Of a DNA stretch of 64,000 nucleotides, positions 47,571 to 55,984 are shown piece by piece (positions within the stretch are counted from its first letter, which is position 1; every line of letters begins with the position of its first letter). Under the pieces are notes generated by a model, which was given only the letters and a program-made list of their open reading frames with translations, ran no database searches and had not been told where the DNA came from. The stretch is from a virus (taxonomy: Duplodnaviria; Caudoviricetes). Both the position numbers and the translations under genes were made by a program. The stretch covers positions 1 through 64,000 of IMG/VR virus record IMGVR_UViG_3300028832_000117. One strand, 5' to 3'.

Positions 47571-47929
47571 ACACGATAATGCTTATGTTGCTCGGACACC
47601 TGGTGTCCGACTATACCCTCCAGGGATGGCTGGCGGACGCCAAGCAGAGAAACTGGTGGGCGGTCCGCACGTCGGAGCTTCCTGCCGAATCGAAGGTACT
47701 ATACCGGCACGATTGGATGGCGGGGCTTGCGTGCCATGCGCTGTACTGGTCGCTGGTGACCTTCCTTCCCCTGTACGGACATCCGGCATGGTGGGTAATC
47801 GTACTGTCGCAGGCGTCGGTTCATGCAGTGGTCGACCATCTGAAGTGCAATGCGCACCGCATCAACCTGTGGCAGGATCAGCTTCTGCATCTCCTGCAGA
47901 TCCTTGTGGCGTATTGGCTTTTCGTCTGA
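47567..47929 (+). CDS. DUF3307-like membrane protein
   Basis: GHLVSDYTLQ, HAVVDHLK, DQLLH motifs within TM helices. Confidence 0.75.
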   Translation: MNTIMLMLLGHLVSDYTLQGWLADAKQRNWWAVRTSELPAESKVLYRHDWMAGLACHALYWSLVTFLPLYGHPAWWVIVLSQASVHAVVDHLKCNAHRINLWQDQLLHLLQILVAYWLFV

Positions 47930-47946
47930 ACGGGGAGGACCGGGAA

Positions 47947-48333
47947 ATGATACTCAACGTGATTTCGATGATCGCAGCGGCGGCAGGGTGCTTCGCTCTC
48001 GGGGCCTCCATAGGGTACCGGCGCGGGCGCATCCGCGGATACAGGGCCGGCCGTATCGCGACGTACGACGAAAAGGAGTTCCTGCCCCTGCTGCAGACGA
48101 TCCACAGATATGTGGATCTGATGCGGGAGCAGTTCACGTATGTACTGTACCGCTGCGGAGCCGACGCCCTCAATGGAGTGTCCTGCAGCGACCAGGGCTA
48201 TGTGTTCGCCGACCGCGTGATACGCATGTTGTGGTCCCGCACGGTTGGCGAGGCGGACAGGGCGTACCACGAGCTCAAGGAGAAGCGCGACGCTCTCGTG
48301 ACGTACGTGAACAAGGAGGAGCCGTTCCTGTGA
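47947..48333 (+). CDS. membrane-anchored hypothetical protein
   Basis: N-terminal TM followed by GYRRGRIRGY. Confidence 0.6.
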   Translation: MILNVISMIAAAAGCFALGASIGYRRGRIRGYRAGRIATYDEKEFLPLLQTIHRYVDLMREQFTYVLYRCGADALNGVSCSDQGYVFADRVIRMLWSRTVGEADRAYHELKEKRDALVTYVNKEEPFL

Positions 48334-48524
48334 TCAACCCGTCCATATACCCCGAACTCCCCGTGAGCTGCGGCGTGTGCAGACGCACGCTCGGGAAAGA
48401 CGAGAAGATCTACTGGCTGTGGATCCGCGCTCCATATGACTCGTGGGGGACCGGCGTGTGCCGCGCCTGCCACGAGAAGCACGGAGACGAGGCGAACATA
48501 AAGGACCTGCACCATGAAGGGTAG
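48330..48524 (+). CDS. small zinc-finger protein
   Basis: CGVC...CRACH; GTGA coupling. Confidence 0.55.
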   Translation: MINPSIYPELPVSCGVCRRTLGKDEKIYWLWIRAPYDSWGTGVCRACHEKHGDEANIKDLHHEG

Positions 48525-49158
48525 GACATATATCCACTACATGACTGCGCATCCGTTCAGGCGGATGGTGGTCACGATCGTGGGCGATCCGACCGCTGGG
48601 CTCGACCGTGCGGGACGGTTGCTGGGACTCGCGGACATGGAGGGGTTCAAGGCCCATATGGATCCGAAGACGATGTACGACGGAACCCTGGGCAAGCAGC
48701 CGTTCTGCCTGTGCGGACGCACGGTCTTCGACGACCGTGACGTGGTCATATGGTTTCCGAGGTTCCCGTATCCGTCCACGCTCGTGCACGAGCTCGAGCA
48801 CGCCAAGGACTACATATTGGGGGCGTCCGGCGTCAAGGACACCGAAGGCGAGGTGGACGCGTACATGCTGGGCGAGCTGTGCCGCCATTTTTTCCGCATG
48901 TTCGAGATCGACGTGCGCAAATCAACGAAAGGAAGACTGACATGGTCGGAAGGAGCAACACATGAGCTGGAACAAGAAGATGCACACGCCGGAGTCGGCG
49001 AAGGGGATGTTCGACGGAAGGACCAAGGCGTCCCTCCGGGCGGAGCAGTCCAGGCTGAGGGCGAAGGACACGAGGACGGCGGCCGAGCAGAAAAGGCTCA
49101 GGCGCGTCAACTTCGCGCTCCGCGCCAAGAACGACTTCGGAAAGGCGAAGTGACATGA
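48514..49158 (+). CDS. HExxH (zincin-like) protein
   Basis: TLVHELEHAKDY...EGEVDAY; its 3' end overlaps ORF 48962..49153. Confidence 0.55.
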   Translation: MKGRTYIHYMTAHPFRRMVVTIVGDPTAGLDRAGRLLGLADMEGFKAHMDPKTMYDGTLGKQPFCLCGRTVFDDRDVVIWFPRFPYPSTLVHELEHAKDYILGASGVKDTEGEVDAYMLGELCRHFFRMFEIDVRKSTKGRLTWSEGATHELEQEDAHAGVGEGDVRRKDQGVPPGGAVQAEGEGHEDGGRAEKAQARQLRAPRQERLRKGEVT

Positions 49159-49397
49159 GGCGCAAGATAATGATAATCGTCGAAGACGACGAGCAGCCGG
49201 CGACCAACAAGGGCTGGCCGGACAGGCAACCGGGGCTTCCTTCGATGCCCTGGGTGCCTGTCAACCCGTGCGGGGAAGAGGAGCCGTACGACCCCTGCAG
49301 GAACTGTCCGAACCGGGGAAAGGGTGCGTGCCTGTGCGCGCTGCCGGCCATGTTCGGGCCGAACAGGATAACCTGTTCCTCCACCACAGCCGGGTGA
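49155..49397 (+). CDS. small Cys-rich protein
   Basis: PCRNCPNRGKGACLCALP; last gene of the plus arm. Confidence 0.55.
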   Translation: MRRKIMIIVEDDEQPATNKGWPDRQPGLPSMPWVPVNPCGEEEPYDPCRNCPNRGKGACLCALPAMFGPNRITCSSTTAG

Positions 49398-49403
49398 CAG
49401 AAG

Positions 49404-49437
49404 AAACCCTCGGGCCTCTTTCAGCCCGAGGGTTTTG
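49404..49437. terminator. bidirectional terminator between convergent arms
   Basis: AAACCCTCGGGC...GCCCGAGGGTTTT. Confidence 0.75.
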
Positions 49438-49524
49438 CCTCCTGTTTCGCAGGGCTCTCCCGGCTCGGAGGCGCTCCTGTCAATGAAGGGTAAATGCACT
49501 CGAAACCCCGTCCCTGCGTAAATC

Positions 49525-50208
49525 CTATTCCATGTCCTTGAGGCAGCCCGTGAGGACGGCGCCGTACATGAACTGCCGCTCGAACGCAGGCCATGCGACG
49601 CGGGCGAATCCGCCTTTGCCCCATTCCACGCCCCACGAGTTCTGCACCCAGCAGCCCGTCTGGTCGTAGCCTACCGCCTGGACGGCGTGACCGCCGATGT
49701 AGCGTGCGTTCAGCGAGGAGATGTCCTCCTTGCCCTTGTACCATTCGTCCGTGATGTTGAGCCCGACGAGGCAGCAGTTGTACCTGTGGATCGCGGACTT
49801 GACGTCGAACGGCGAGACGAGCGTGCAGACGCGGCACTTGTCGCGGCTGAACACCCCGTGCTCCAGAAGCGCCGTCAGTATCGCCGTGAGCGTCGTACCG
49901 TCGCCCTTGGGGTTCCCGTCGATCGACTTGGCGTACTCGTAGAGCTTCTTGGGGTCGATGTCGTCCGGTATGTGTCCGTCTATGCGCCACTTGATGTTCT
50001 CGGCCATGGACGTCGCGGAGTACGCGGCGCACATGGGCGTCGACCCCTGGTCCTCCGTGTGAGTGGCGCTCGAGAGGCACAGGACCGAGAGCGGCACTGC
50101 GCGGGTGCGGCCCCGGAGGACGCTCCCCAGAAGACGGTCGGCCTTCGGGAACTTGCAGAATCCGACACGGTGCGTATCGGGATCGAACTTCGGTTTGAAA
50201 AGACCCAT
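49525..50208 (-). CDS. papain-like C1 cysteine peptidase
   Basis: DQGSTPMCAAYS (Q, C), GGHAVQAVGYD (H), QNSWGVEWGKGGF (N). Confidence 0.88.
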   Translation of the reverse strand: MGLFKPKFDPDTHRVGFCKFPKADRLLGSVLRGRTRAVPLSVLCLSSATHTEDQGSTPMCAAYSATSMAENIKWRIDGHIPDDIDPKKLYEYAKSIDGNPKGDGTTLTAILTALLEHGVFSRDKCRVCTLVSPFDVKSAIHRYNCCLVGLNITDEWYKGKEDISSLNARYIGGHAVQAVGYDQTGCWVQNSWGVEWGKGGFARVAWPAFERQFMYGAVLTGCLKDME

Positions 50209-50339
50209 CAGTCTGTTCCTTCCGTTTGCATGATTATGGTACCGTCGGAGAGTTCGCATCCGACCGGGATGTCGACGACAGCCGGCCGCGGTGTGACGCA
50301 GCCGGCCGTGAGAAGGACGAGGAGGACGGTCAGTCGCAC
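50208..50339 (-). CDS. small lipoprotein (o-spanin-like; not in ORF track)
   Basis: GTG start with GAGGAG SD; MRLTVLLVLLTAG-C lipobox; Pro-containing 43 aa; stop overlaps the peptidase start. Confidence 0.55.
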   Translation of the reverse strand: MRLTVLLVLLTAGCVTPRPAVVDIPVGCELSDGTIIMQTEGTD

Positions 50340-50474
50340 GGCGGCATCTCCTCGTCCGTGAACCTGGGTTCACGCTCCTTCCGGAAACCGGGTACCCCCG
50401 GTTTCCGGAGTTTCCTCGGCTTCCAGCCGCGGGCTTTCTGCCCGGGTTTCCACTTGCCGCCCACGGTCAGCGCC

Positions 50475-50870
50475 TCAGGACTTGACGACGAAGGTCCCGT
50501 CGGGGGCCTTCACCATATCGACGCAGGACTCGTCGTCCGGGGACATCCACGCGGCGTACGCCTCGTTGTATCCGGCGATGACTCCGGCGAGCTCCTCCTT
50601 GGTGACCTCGAGGTCCTGGAGCGCCGAGACGACCTTCTCCACCGCAAGGACGGTCAGCGCGTACGCCGCCTGCCACTTGACGGGGATGAATACCTTCACG
50701 ACCGTGAGGACCGAGAGGACCTTCAGCGCGAAGTTGAGCGTCGCGCGTATCTTGTCCTTCGTCGGATCCGCAAGGCCCGCCACGCGCTCCTTGAGGAGCG
50801 TGAGCCCGTAGTCCGCCAGATCCACGAACTTGCCGCGGATCACGTACCAGAACACCTTCAGTTTGCTCAT
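50475..50870 (-). CDS. membrane protein (holin-like candidate)
   Basis: Central hydrophobic hairpin; lysis-like position. Confidence 0.5.
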   Translation of the reverse strand: MSKLKVFWYVIRGKFVDLADYGLTLLKERVAGLADPTKDKIRATLNFALKVLSVLTVVKVFIPVKWQAAYALTVLAVEKVVSALQDLEVTKEELAGVIAGYNEAYAAWMSPDDESCVDMVKAPDGTFVVKS

Positions 50871-50892
50871 GTCTTTGTTCCTTCTCCGGAGG

Positions 50893-51282
50893 TCAGTCGA
50901 CCCCCTGTGATTTGTTTACGACGGCCAGAAGCCACCCGATGAGGCCCGAGCCTCCCGCGGCGGCCGTCCAGCCGAGAATCTTGAGGAGGAGCACGGCGCC
51001 GGAGGCGCGGAGCTTGCTCTCCTGGTACTCCTTCACCACCGGGCCGTGCTCCTCGAGAACCGTCTTGCGGATCTGGCGTATGTCGTCGCGGACGTTGTCC
51101 AGCTCGGACTCGAAGGAATGGTCCTTCTCGGCCATGTCCTTCACGCGCTCCGCCGTCTTGCGCTGGCAGTCCACCAGCGATATGACCGCATGGCCCATGG
51201 CGCGGAGTATGCGCTTGTCGTCGTTGGCCTGAACGGCCTCGTTGTACTCGCGGTCGATCATCTCCTGCTGTTCGCGTGTCAT
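50893..51282 (-). CDS. coiled-coil protein with a C-terminal TM (holin/hemolysin-like candidate)
   Basis: Heptad region followed by GAVLLLKILGWTAAAGGSGLIGWLLAVV. Confidence 0.55.
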   Translation of the reverse strand: MTREQQEMIDREYNEAVQANDDKRILRAMGHAVISLVDCQRKTAERVKDMAEKDHSFESELDNVRDDIRQIRKTVLEEHGPVVKEYQESKLRASGAVLLLKILGWTAAAGGSGLIGWLLAVVNKSQGVD

Positions 51283-51302
51283 AAGCGCACACTCCCTTCA
51301 GG

Positions 51303-51443
51303 TCATGCCCCGGGCTGTATCTCGGCCAGGAGCTCGCGGTACTGTTCGTCCGTGAGCCTGCCCGCCGCGAAGAATACGTCGAGCATCGCCGCCGTGAGCT
51401 TGCCGCGCTTGGCGAGCTGCTTGCAGAGTTCGTATGTGGTCAT
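51303..51443 (-). CDS. XkdX-like small tail-fibre-associated protein
   Basis: LDVFFAAGRLTDEQYRELL; AAGGA SD. Confidence 0.65.
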   Translation of the reverse strand: MTTYELCKQLAKRGKLTAAMLDVFFAAGRLTDEQYRELLAEIQPGA

Positions 51444-51459
51444 GGTTGTCGTCCTTTCT

Positions 51460-51597
51460 TTAGTTGATTCCAAGTTCGATGAGGCACAGACGGTATTCCT
51501 GGTCCGCGCACGTGTCGAGGAGCGTGTCCTCCAGCTGGCTTGCCGCACACGCTAGCGCGTACTCAAGCAGCTTCCGTTCTCTGATGTCGAGTTCCAT
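51460..51597 (-). CDS. small tail-fibre chaperone-like protein (45 aa; not in ORF track)
   Basis: AAGGAG SD; MELDIRERKLLEYALACAASQLEDTLLDTCADQEYRLCLIELGIN. Confidence 0.6.
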   Translation of the reverse strand: MELDIRERKLLEYALACAASQLEDTLLDTCADQEYRLCLIELGIN

Positions 51598-52693
51598 CTG
51601 GGTGGTCTCCTTTCTGCTTTAGGATTGATGAGAATTGTATCATATTCCGGACGAGACGTCCACTGTTTCCCTTGCGGATGCAGGCCATGACGCACTCGAA
51701 GCTGGTGTCGAAGTCGTCCCAGGACGCCCTGCCCTCGCGGCAGAGCTTCGCCAGCCTGCGGAGGCGCCTCTTTATCTCCTTGACCCTCTTCGGATCCCGG
51801 AACATCAGCACCTTCCCGGTCTCCGTGACGCGGAACAGGAACCCCAGGAACACGACGCCGTCCTTGGCGAGCCGGACCCTCGTCTTGTCCGGGTGGAGCC
51901 ACATGCCGGCCGGCGCGAGCTCCCCGGAGACCTCGGCCCTCACCGCGCCCATGTCCTCGTCCGGCGCGCCGAGGATGTGCCAGTCGTCCATGTAGCGGAT
52001 GTAGAACTTCCGGCGCATCTCCTCCTTGACGTGGTGGTCGAACGGATCGAGGTACGAGATGCCCGCTATCTGGACCATCTGGCTTCCGGGGTTGTAGCCC
52101 TTCTCGCCGAGGTACTGGTGGCGGAGCGTCCTGACGACCTCGCTCTTCGTCCACGGATCGGTACGGCTCCCGAACATCTCCTCGGTAAGGTCGTGCCGCA
52201 TGTTGTCGTAGTAGCCCTTGATGTCGCCGGAGAGTATCTGGAACCGGTTGGACCGCCACTTGAGCCACGCGTTGTGCAGCATGCGCTTCATGTGGAGGAG
52301 CGCCGCCTCCGTGCCCTTGCCCTTCTGGCACGCGAAGTTGGTCCAGATGAAGGACCTCGTCATCCTCGGGTAGAGCACGATGTCGTTGAGCCCGCGCTGG
52401 TAGGTGCGGTCGCGGAAGGTGATCGAGCGCGCCGTGCGCTTCTTCGGGTACGTGATGTGCACCGTGCGCACGGGCCCTTCGCGGTAGCGTCCGTTGGCGA
52501 GGTCGTCCGCGAGGTCGACGGTGCGGTCGATGATGTGGAGTATGTAGGCCTGCGACGAAAACTTCCGGCCCACGCCCTTCCAGCACTTGCGTGCGGAACG
52601 GTAGAGCGTTTCGGGATCCGTCGCAAGCCTACGGTATTTTTCGGAGGCGGGCAGACGGACAGCGTCCGCATCTGGCTGCGGCGCCTCCGCCAT
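51563..52693 (-). CDS. DGR reverse transcriptase
   Basis: PKKRTARSITFRDR, NFACQKGKGT, GDIKGYYDN, GYNPGSQMVQ, YIRYMDDW, FLGF; start placed at MAEAPQ downstream of the TR. Confidence 0.93.
   Translation of the reverse strand: MAEAPQPDADAVRLPASEKYRRLATDPETLYRSARKCWKGVGRKFSSQAYILHIIDRTVDLADDLANGRYREGPVRTVHITYPKKRTARSITFRDRTYQRGLNDIVLYPRMTRSFIWTNFACQKGKGTEAALLHMKRMLHNAWLKWRSNRFQILSGDIKGYYDNMRHDLTEEMFGSRTDPWTKSEVVRTLRHQYLGEKGYNPGSQMVQIAGISYLDPFDHHVKEEMRRKFYIRYMDDWHILGAPDEDMGAVRAEVSGELAPAGMWLHPDKTRVRLAKDGVVFLGFLFRVTETGKVLMFRDPKRVKEIKRRLRRLAKLCREGRASWDDFDTSFECVMACIRKGNSGRLVRNMIQFSSILKQKGDHPDGTRHQRTEAA
51634..51662 (-). promoter_or_regulatory. promoter inside the 3' end of the RT gene, driving downstream genes
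   Basis: TGGACG-N17-TACAAT with TATGA extension, matching the phage promoter pattern. Confidence 0.5.
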
Positions 52694-52815
52694 CGTCTCC
52701 GGGCTTGATTCTGGACGGTCGTCCGTCCAGCAGGTGCGCAGCTCCCTGCGTATGTGAACTGGTGTCATACCCGTCCAGGAACGCCGCGAGGCGGCGCCAC
52801 TTACAGGACAGGCGA

Positions 52816-52944
52816 ACGCAGTCGGGGGCGAGGCCGTACGAGTTGTTCGCGTTGTTGTTGTTGATGTTACCGCTCGTGTTGACATTCCAGACGTTGTTCA
52901 CGTTGTTGCGGTTAGGCGAACGCAGCCACAGGTTGCAAGCCGAG
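52816..52944 (-). repeat. DGR template repeat (TR)
   Basis: 129-nt AAC-rich copy of the VR; all substitutions fall at TR adenines on the coding strand. Confidence 0.95.
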
Positions 52945-53484
52945 CTCATTTAGCGTCGCACCTGTTTCGCCTCCGGAGGACTGCTCCGCCGGAGGTGAAA
53001 TCCTCTTCAGCGCGGCGTCGAGGAGAGGGGTCTCGGACGGCGCGTCCTTCGGGTGCGCCAGCTCTCCGTATCTTTCGACGTCGCACTTGTGCCAGGCCTT
53101 CAACTTGTTGGAGACCTTGACGAACATGTCCATCCAGTACCAGAACTTCTTGGAGTCCAGGCGGAACTGGGGCTTGACCAGGTCGAAGTACGCCTCCAGG
53201 ACGTCGCACGACGTTATGGCTTCGTCCTGGAGGGCCAGGCGCTCATGGGCGCGCCAGGGCTCCTTGGTCACGTTGATCCTGTTTGCGGCCCGCGCCGACA
53301 CGTACACGTGCAGGAGTTCCCTCTGGATGAGGTAGAGGGTCTCGTTGTGGAAATCGTCCGCCGGATTGAAGTGCTTGGGGTTCCCCATGATCCGCACGGA
53401 GTGTATGTAGAGGTTCCGTGCGTCGATCAGCACCTGGAGCGGCGTTTCGTTCCAGTCCCTTGCGTGTTTCGTGCCCTTGCCCAT
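52912..53484 (-). CDS. avd: DGR accessory variability determinant (Avd-like four-helix bundle)
   Basis: Position between target and TR; AANRI, ERLALQDEA, KLKAWHK-type motifs. Confidence 0.85.
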   Translation of the reverse strand: MGKGTKHARDWNETPLQVLIDARNLYIHSVRIMGNPKHFNPADDFHNETLYLIQRELLHVYVSARAANRINVTKEPWRAHERLALQDEAITSCDVLEAYFDLVKPQFRLDSKKFWYWMDMFVKVSNKLKAWHKCDVERYGELAHPKDAPSETPLLDAALKRISPPAEQSSGGETGATLNELGLQPVAAFA

Positions 53485-53499
53485 GGTGGCCTTTCATTT

Positions 53500-53527
53500 A
53501 TCCCCCTCGCGCAAGCGCTCGGGGGAT
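53500..53527. promoter_or_regulatory. GC-rich hairpin downstream of VR/IMH (DGR target-recognition element)
   Basis: ATCCCCC-TC-GCGC-AA-GCGC-TC-GGGGGAT, 12 nt past the target stop. Confidence 0.65.
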
Positions 53528-53539
53528 TTTCCTTTTGGA

Positions 53540-55966
53540 TTAGTAGATGACGCAGGCGGGGGCGAGGCCGTACGAGTTGCTCGCGACGTTGTAGCTGCTG
53601 ATGCTACCGCCCGTGCCGACATACCAGACGTGGCTCACGACGCTGCGGCTAGGCGAACGCAGCCACAGGGTGCAAGCCGAGGTCTTTGCCGTCTGCCTGT
53701 ACTGGATACGCGCGGTGGACGCGTTGTTGTTCGCGGCCGCGTTGTCCATCGCAGCCACCCAGAAGGAGTCCGCGGTGTTCTCGTTGTCGTTCACGCTGCC
53801 GTTCATCTCGGCCCCCGAGTCGAGGAAGAACTTGTCCACGGTCGTCACGATGTCCGCCTGGCCGGAGTAGCACTGGACCTGCACCGGCTGGATGTAGTCG
53901 AGCAGGGCCGACGTGCAGCCCGCCATGTAGCCGCGGGTCGTCGAGAGCTGCGACGGGGCGACGTCGCCGGCGTGCTGCGACGTCCACCAGCCTCCGAGCT
54001 CCGAGGCGGACGAGTTGATGTACTGGCGGACGGCCGAGTGGTCGTAGCGGTTGGAGCCGTACGAGAACGCGTCCCTTGCGTTGTATGCAAGCCCGTGCTT
54101 GTAGATCTCGAGGTAGCCGGAGTACGGGAGCGACTGCCCGGCGGAGAGGCCGAGCCACACCAGCGAGCCCTTGACCATCGTCGCCTGCACCGCAAAGTGC
54201 TCGGAGTCGTTGTCCGGCGTCGTGGAGTCGGCCGTGGACTTGGCGAGGATGCACTTGTACGCGACGCCGTCGTACGAGCAGTACGAGTTGAGCGCGTAGG
54301 TCTTCGACGCGTCGAACGCGGCGGCCCAGCCGTAGTAGCCGAGCCCGGACTCCGCGGTCGTCTCGGTGGACGAGTCGCAGAGGACGGGCGACTCGGCCGC
54401 GTCGAACTGCATGTCGTACGTCGCGTACTTGCGGCGCAGCTTGACGCCGAGATGCGAGTTGCCGTCGGCGTCCTTGTAGTTCTTGACGTCCACGACGACC
54501 ATCGGGTTCGTGATGACGGTCGTGCCGTTGTCGGACGTCCAGGTGTCCTCGATCTCCTTGCCGAGGATCGCGGTCTTCGCGTCGGCGGCCGTCATGCCTT
54601 CCTGGCGGATGAAGCCCTGGATGCCGGCGAAGTCCGTGATGGACGAGGCGTCCTGGTACGTCAGCGTCACGAACGTGTTGGCGTTCGCGTTGCCGTGCGC
54701 CGTGGAGGGCGAGAAGTGCCCTGCGAGCGTCGAGGTGATCTGGACGAAGTACTCGGTGCCGCGGGGGACGAGGAAGCTCACGGGCTGGCCTTCGTACGAC
54801 GCGGTCTCGCGCAGCGTGCCGGTCGACGCGTCCGCGCCCTCGTAGAGGCTCACGGTCTGTCCGGTCACGGTCACGCCGTCCGCGGTCGTCGCGGAGACGA
54901 CGATCGTGACGTACGCGTCCACGGCCTTGGAGAGGGCATTCGCGATCGTCTGCGACGCGTCGTACACCCCGATGTAGAGCTTGCCCGTCACCGCGTCGGC
55001 GATGCGGACGACTCCGGCCGTCGTGTCGATGAAGATGGTGCAGAGGTACAGCATCGGGGACGACTCGATCGCCGAGACGTCGAACTGGACGTGCTGGCCC
55101 TGGTCGTTTATCGTGTTGAGGCGGGCGAGTATGGACGCCATCGTCTCCGTCGGCTCGGTGAGCTTCACGATGGTCGTGAAGTCCGTGGATAGCTTCATCG
55201 CGGTCCAGTGCGTCGTGTCCTCGTCGGGCGTCGCCGTGTTGGCCGCCGTCACCGCCGCCTTGCAGCGGTAGAGCTTGCCTTCATGGCGCACGATCTTGTC
55301 AACGGCGTACGCGGTCGTCTTGGCGAAGTCGACCGCCTGCCCGGCGGAGTCGAGCTTGCCGGTCAGCTGGTCGGAGACGTCGATCGCGTCGATCGCGGAC
55401 CAGACCGCGCCGGACGTCACGAGCGCCGTCGAGTTCTCCGTCACGGAGGTCGTGATGGATTTGCCGGAGTCCGAAAGATGCCCGGTGGCTGTGAGGGTTG
55501 CCACATTTCCTGCAGCGGACGGTACCGCCTTATCGGCCTTCCTGGCGAGCTCCGCGTAGGCGCCGCCGGTCGTGAACTTCGTAGTGCCGTTCTCGGCCGG
55601 TGTCGCGCTGTCGCCCGTGTTCACCACGTTGGCGAGGCCGACATCGGTCTTGGTGAGCGTGACGGCGCCGGTCCTTCCGGCGACGGACGTGACCGCGGCG
55701 GTCGGGACGACCACCTCCACGTACTTGGCGGACTCTTCGTCGTACTTGTACGTCTTGCCGGTCTCGTCCGAGCGGTAGTACCTGCTGGGGTCGCCGGGCT
55801 TAGGAAAATCGTCCTTGGACTCGTAGTTGAGGACGTCGGTCACCTGGCCGGGGACCTGCTCGTCCGGGACGGTCCCCTCGGGGGAGAGCGTGGCGTAGGC
55901 CTGCTCGGCCCTGCGGCGCAGGTCCTTGTCCGTAAGGGTAAGCACGTTTGTCTGCTTCAGCGTCAT
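53540..55966 (-). CDS. DGR target: tail fibre / receptor-binding protein with a C-terminal C-type-lectin-like variable domain
   Basis: VTSVAGRTGAVTL fibre motif, two small CBM12-like modules, WLRSP...GLAPAC VR. Confidence 0.88.
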   Translation of the reverse strand: MTLKQTNVLTLTDKDLRRRAEQAYATLSPEGTVPDEQVPGQVTDVLNYESKDDFPKPGDPSRYYRSDETGKTYKYDEESAKYVEVVVPTAAVTSVAGRTGAVTLTKTDVGLANVVNTGDSATPAENGTTKFTTGGAYAELARKADKAVPSAAGNVATLTATGHLSDSGKSITTSVTENSTALVTSGAVWSAIDAIDVSDQLTGKLDSAGQAVDFAKTTAYAVDKIVRHEGKLYRCKAAVTAANTATPDEDTTHWTAMKLSTDFTTIVKLTEPTETMASILARLNTINDQGQHVQFDVSAIESSPMLYLCTIFIDTTAGVVRIADAVTGKLYIGVYDASQTIANALSKAVDAYVTIVVSATTADGVTVTGQTVSLYEGADASTGTLRETASYEGQPVSFLVPRGTEYFVQITSTLAGHFSPSTAHGNANANTFVTLTYQDASSITDFAGIQGFIRQEGMTAADAKTAILGKEIEDTWTSDNGTTVITNPMVVVDVKNYKDADGNSHLGVKLRRKYATYDMQFDAAESPVLCDSSTETTAESGLGYYGWAAAFDASKTYALNSYCSYDGVAYKCILAKSTADSTTPDNDSEHFAVQATMVKGSLVWLGLSAGQSLPYSGYLEIYKHGLAYNARDAFSYGSNRYDHSAVRQYINSSASELGGWWTSQHAGDVAPSQLSTTRGYMAGCTSALLDYIQPVQVQCYSGQADIVTTVDKFFLDSGAEMNGSVNDNENTADSFWVAAMDNAAANNNASTARIQYRQTAKTSACTLWLRSPSRSVVSHVWYVGTGGSISSYNVASNSYGLAPACVIY
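53550..53681 (-). repeat. DGR variable repeat (VR)
   Basis: 132 nt encoding SACTLWLRSPSRSVVSHVWYVGTGGSISSYNVASNSYGLAPAC at the target C-terminus. Confidence 0.95.
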
Positions 55967-55984
55967 GGTTTTTGTTGCCTTTCT

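Noticed and set aside
51563-52885. RT as a group II intron, retron or Abi RT; ORF start at 52885
   Set aside because: The TR/VR pair and avd identify a DGR; the Thr-rich N-terminal extension is just the TR read in another frame
52629-52949. 106-aa Asn-rich ORF
   Set aside because: It is the template repeat read in the VR frame; TRs function as RNA
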